From NCBI RefSeq assembly GCF_009914755.1, contig NC_060925.1: a stretch of DNA of 64,000 bases, one strand, 5' to 3'. Of the stretch, positions 59,792 through 64,000 are shown piece after piece. Made by a program: the position numbers and the translations under genes. Source of the stretch: the human T2T-CHM13v2.0 reference genome, Homo sapiens. The notes beneath the pieces are model-generated. The model saw nothing but the letters and a program-made list of their open reading frames with translations. It was not told the origin of the DNA and searched no databases. Position 1 is the first letter of the stretch, and every line of letters begins with the position of its first letter.

Positions 59792-61557
59792 ATGGAATCG
59801 TCATCGAATGAATTGAATGCAATCATCGAATGGTCTCGAATGGAATCATCTTCTAATGGAAAGGAATGGAATCATCGCATAGAATCGAATGGAATTATCA
59901 TCGAATGGAATCGAATGGTATCAACACCAAACGGAAAAAAACGGAATTATCGAATGGAATCGAAGAGAATCTTCGAACGGACCCGAATGGAATCATCTAA
60001 TGGAATGGAATGGAATAATCCATGGACTCGAATGCAATCATCATCGAATGGAATCGAATGGAATCATCGAATGGACTCGAATGGAATAATCATTGAACGG
60101 AATCGAATGGAATCATCATCGGATGGAAACGAATGGAATCATCATCGAATGGAAATGAAAGGAGTCATCATCTAATGGAATTGCATGGAATCATCATAAA
60201 ATGGAATCGAATGGAATCAACATCAAATGGAATCAAATGGAATCATTGAACGGAATTGAATGGAATCGTCATCGAATGAATTGACTGCAATCATCGAATG
60301 GTCTCGAATGGAATCAACTTCAAATGGAATGGAATGGAATCATCGAATAGAATCGAATGGAATTATCATCGAATGGAATCAACATCAAACGGAAAAAAAC
60401 GGAATTATCGAATGGAATCGAAGAGAATCATCGAATGGACCCGAACGGAATCATATAATGGAATGGAATGGAATAATCCATGGACTCGAATGCAATCATC
60501 ATCGAATGGAATCGAATGGAATCATCGAATGGACTCGAATGGAATAATCATTGAACGGAATCGAATGGAATCATCATCGGATGGAAATGAATGGAATCAT
60601 CATCGAATGGAATCGAATAGAATTATGGAATGAAATCCAGTGTGATCATCATCGAATGGACCCGAATGGAATCATCATCCAACGGAAGCTAATGGAATCA
60701 ACATCGAATGAATCAAATGGAAACACCATCGAATTGAAACGAATGGAATTATCATGAAATTGAAATGGATGGACTCATCATCGAATGGATTCGAATGGAA
60801 TCATCGAATAAAATTGATTGAAATCATCATCGAATGGAATCGAATGGTATCATTGAATGGAATCGAATGGAATCATCATCAGATGGAAATGAATGGAATC
60901 GTCATAGAATGGAATCGAATGGATTCTTTGAATGGAATCAGATGGAATCATCGAATGGACTGGAATGGAATCATTGAATGGACTCGAAAGGGATCATGAT
61001 TGAATGGAATTGAATGGAATCATCGAATGGTCTCGATTGGAATCATTATCAAATGGAATCGAATGGAATCACCGAATAGAATCGAATGGAACAATCATCG
61101 AATGGACTCAAATGGAATTATCCTCAAATGGAATCGAATGGAATTATCGAATGCAATCGAATGGAATTATCGAATGCAATCGAATAGAATCATCGAATGG
61201 ACTCGAATGGAATCATCGAATGGAATGGAATGGAACAGTCAATGAACTCGAATGGAATCATCATTGAATGGAATCGAATGGAATCATCGAGTGGAATCGA
61301 ATGGAATTATGATCAAATGGAATCGAATGTAATCATCATCAAATGGAATCAAAAATAACCATCATCAATTGGTATTGAATGGAATTGTCATCAAATGGAA
61401 TTCAAAGGAATCATCATCAAATGGAACCGAATGGAATCCTCATTGAATGGAAATGAAAGGGGTCATCATCTAATGGATTCGCATGGAATCATCATCTAAT
61501 GGAATCGAATGGAATCATCATCAAATGGAATCTAATGGAATCATTGAACAGAATTGA
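59792..61557 (+). repeat. 1,766-bp variant unit (loss of one GAATGGAATC decamer)
   Basis: TTATCATC-GAATGGAATC-AACATC at about 60363-60386 has one decamer where other units have two. Confidence 0.9.
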
Positions 61558-64000
61558 ATGGAATCGTCATCGAATGAATTGAATGCAATCATCGAATGGT
61601 CTCGAATGGAATCATCTTCTAATGGAAAGGAATGGAATCATCGCATAGAATCGAATGGAATTATCATCGAATGGAATCGAATGGTATCAACACCAAACGG
61701 AAAAAAACGGAATTATCGAATGGAATCGAAGAGAATCTTCGAACGGACCCGAATGGAATCATCTAATGGAATGGAATGGAATAATCCATGGACTCGAATG
61801 CAATCATCATCGAATGGAATCGAATGGAATCATCGAATGGACTCGAATGGAATAATCATTGAACGGAATCGAATGGAATCATCATCGGATGGAAACGAAT
61901 GGAATCATCATCGAATGGAAATGAAAGGAGTCATCATCTAATGGAATTGCATGGAATCATCATAAAATGGAATCGAATGGAATCAACATCAAATGGAATC
62001 AAATGGAATCATTGAACGGAATTGAATGGAATCGTCATCGAATGAATTGACTGCAATCATCGAATGGTCTCGAATGGAATCATCTTCAAATGGAATGGAA
62101 TGGAATCATCGCATAGAATCGAATGGAATTATCATCGAATGGAATTGAATGGAATCAACATCAAACGGAAAAAAACGGAATTATCGAATGGAAACGAAGA
62201 GAATCATCGAATGGACCCGAATGGAATCATCTAATGGAATGGAATGGAATAATCCATGGACTCGAATGCAATCATCATCGAATGGAATCGAATGGAATCA
62301 TCGAATGGACTCGAATGGAATAATCATTGAACGGAAACGAATGGAATCATCATCGGATGGAAATGAATGGAATCATCATCGAATGGAATCGAATAGAATT
62401 ATGGAATGAAATCCAGTGTGATCATCATCGAATGGACCCGAATGGAATCATCATCCAACGGAAGCTAATGGAATCAACATCGAATGAATCGAATGGAAAC
62501 ACCATCGAATTGAAACGAATGGAATTATCATGAAATTGAAATGGATGGACTCATCATCGAATGGATTCGAATGGAATCATCGAATAAAATTGATTGAAAT
62601 CATCATCGAATGGAATCGAATGGTATCATTGAATGGAATCGAATGGAATCATCATCAGATGGAAATGAATGGAATCGTCATAGAATGGAATCGAATGGAT
62701 TCATTGAATGGAATCAGATGGAATCATCGAATGGACTGGAATGGAATCATTGAATGGACTCGAAAGGGATCATTATTGAATGCAATTGAATGGAATCATC
62801 GAATGGTCTCGATTGGAATCATTATCAAATGGAATCGAATGGAATCACCGAATAGAATCGAATGGAACAATCATCGAATGGACTCAAATGGAATTATCCT
62901 CAAATGGAATCGAATGGAATTATCGAATGCAATCGAATGGAATTATCGAATGCAATCGAATAGAATCATCGAATGGACTCGAATGGAATCATCGAATGGA
63001 ATGGAATGGAACAGTCAATGAACACGAATGGAATCATCATTGAATGGAATCGAATGGAATCATCGAGTGGAATCGAATGGAATTATGATCAAATGGAATC
63101 GAATGTAATCATCATCAAATGGAATCAAAAATAACCATCATCAATTGGTATTGAATGGAATTGTCATCAAATGGAATTCAAAGGAATCATCATCAAATGG
63201 AACCGAATGGAATCCTCATTGAATGGAAATGAAAGGGGTCATCATCTAATGGAATCGCATGGAATCATCATCAAATGGAATCGAATGGAATCATCATCAA
63301 ATGGAATCTAATGGAATCATTGAACAGAATTGAATGGAATGGTCATTGAATGAATTGAATGCAATCATCGAATGGTCTCGAATGGAATCATCTTCTAATG
63401 GAAAGGAATGGAATCATCGCATAGAATCGAATGGAATTATCATCGAATGGAATCGAATGGTATCAACACCAAACGGAAAAAAACGGAATTATCGAATGGA
63501 ATCGAAGAGAATCTTCGAACGGACCCGAATGGAATCATCTAATGGAATAGAATGGAATAATCCATGGACTCGAATGCAATCATCATCGAATGGAATCGAA
63601 TGGAATCATCGAATGGACTCGAATGGAATAATCATTGAACGGAATCGAATGGAATCATCATCGGATGGAAACGAATGGAATCATCATCGAATGGAAATGA
63701 AAGGAGTCATCATCTAATGGAATTGCATGGAATCATCATAAAATGGAATCGAATGGAATCAACATCAAATGGAATCAAATGGAATCATTGAACGGAATTG
63801 AATGGAATCGTCATCGAATGAATTGACTGCAATCATCGAATGGTCTCGGAATCATCTTCAAATGGAATGGAATGGAATCATCGCATAGAATCGAATGGAA
63901 TTATCATCGAATGGAATCGAATGGAATCAACATCAAACGGAAAAAAACGGAATTATCGAATGGAATCGAAGAGAATCATCGAATGGACCCGAATGGAATC

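Larger units (their letters stand above)
1..64000 (+). repeat. HSATII: Human satellite II (HSat2/HSATII) array with a 1,776-bp unit; HSat2A-type, probably chr1q12 pericentromeric heterochromatin
   Basis: Seen: continuous GAATGGAATC(ATC)n repeats (CATTCGATTC on the minus strand) with dense TCGA and no unique sequence. Equivalent unit starts lie at 142, 1205, 2513, 3968, 5744, 7511, 9287, 11063, 12839, 14606, 16382, 18158, 19934, 21710, 22773, 24549, 26325, 27388, 29164, 30227, 31682, 33458, 35234, 37010, 38786, 40562, 41625, 43401, 44460, 46232, 47295, 49071, 50847, 52688, 54464, 56240, 58016, 59792, 61558 and 63334; 24 of 39 spacings are 1776. A GAATTC site recurs once per unit (e.g. 1045-1050). 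Known: CATTCGATTC is diagnostic of HSat2, and a 1.77-kb EcoRI repeat (pUC1.77) is the chr1q12 satellite. Confidence 0.97.

Noticed and set aside
142-63717. Many 60-176 aa ORFs (MESSSNGIEWNHRM...) on the + strand
   Set aside because: They are translations of the satellite motif in overlapping frames, with ATG supplied by every GAATG. Stops and frameshifts vary freely between copies, and there is no domain or gene structure.
1-64000. CRISPR-like regular repeats
   Set aside because: There are no unique spacers, leader or cas genes; intervening sequence is itself repeat-derived.
1-64000. HSat3 or alpha satellite assignment
   Set aside because: There is no 171-bp monomer. Pure (GGAAT)n runs are only ~3 copies, while CATTCGATTC and ATC-triplet spacing typical of HSat2 dominate.
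1-64000. Inversion or Alu/L1 insertion in the array
   Set aside because: The GAATG strand is on + throughout, and all unit spacings are explained by satellite-internal indels.

Overview
The whole 64-kb window is one uninterrupted, single-orientation array of human satellite II (HSat2/HSATII), shown on the GAATG-rich strand. It is built from (GAATG GAATC ATC ATC)-type 23/26-bp repeats arranged in a 1,776-bp unit with an EcoRI site at the same position in each unit inspected. This matches the classical ~1.77-kb pericentromeric HSat2A repeat, most likely chr1q12; the chromosome assignment is inferred, not aligned. I see no genes, RNA genes, transposon insertions, inversions or CRISPR arrays, and the listed ORFs are translations of the repeat. 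I found no evidence for a new protein-coding system. The interesting signal is the array's architecture. Using 40 equivalent unit starts, the 39 complete units measure 24x1776, 6x1063, 2x1767, 2x1455 and one each of 1308, 1059, 1772, 1841 and 1766 bp. Shared variants reveal a nested history: a ~14.2-kb nine-unit super-repeat is present twice, and its first copy was later expanded by 7,095-bp and 4,615-bp tandem duplications. There are also a recurrent 713-bp deletion unit, a foreign-looking 147-bp insert and probable gene-conversion tracts. All comparisons were made by eye from the sequence and ORF-track coordinates.
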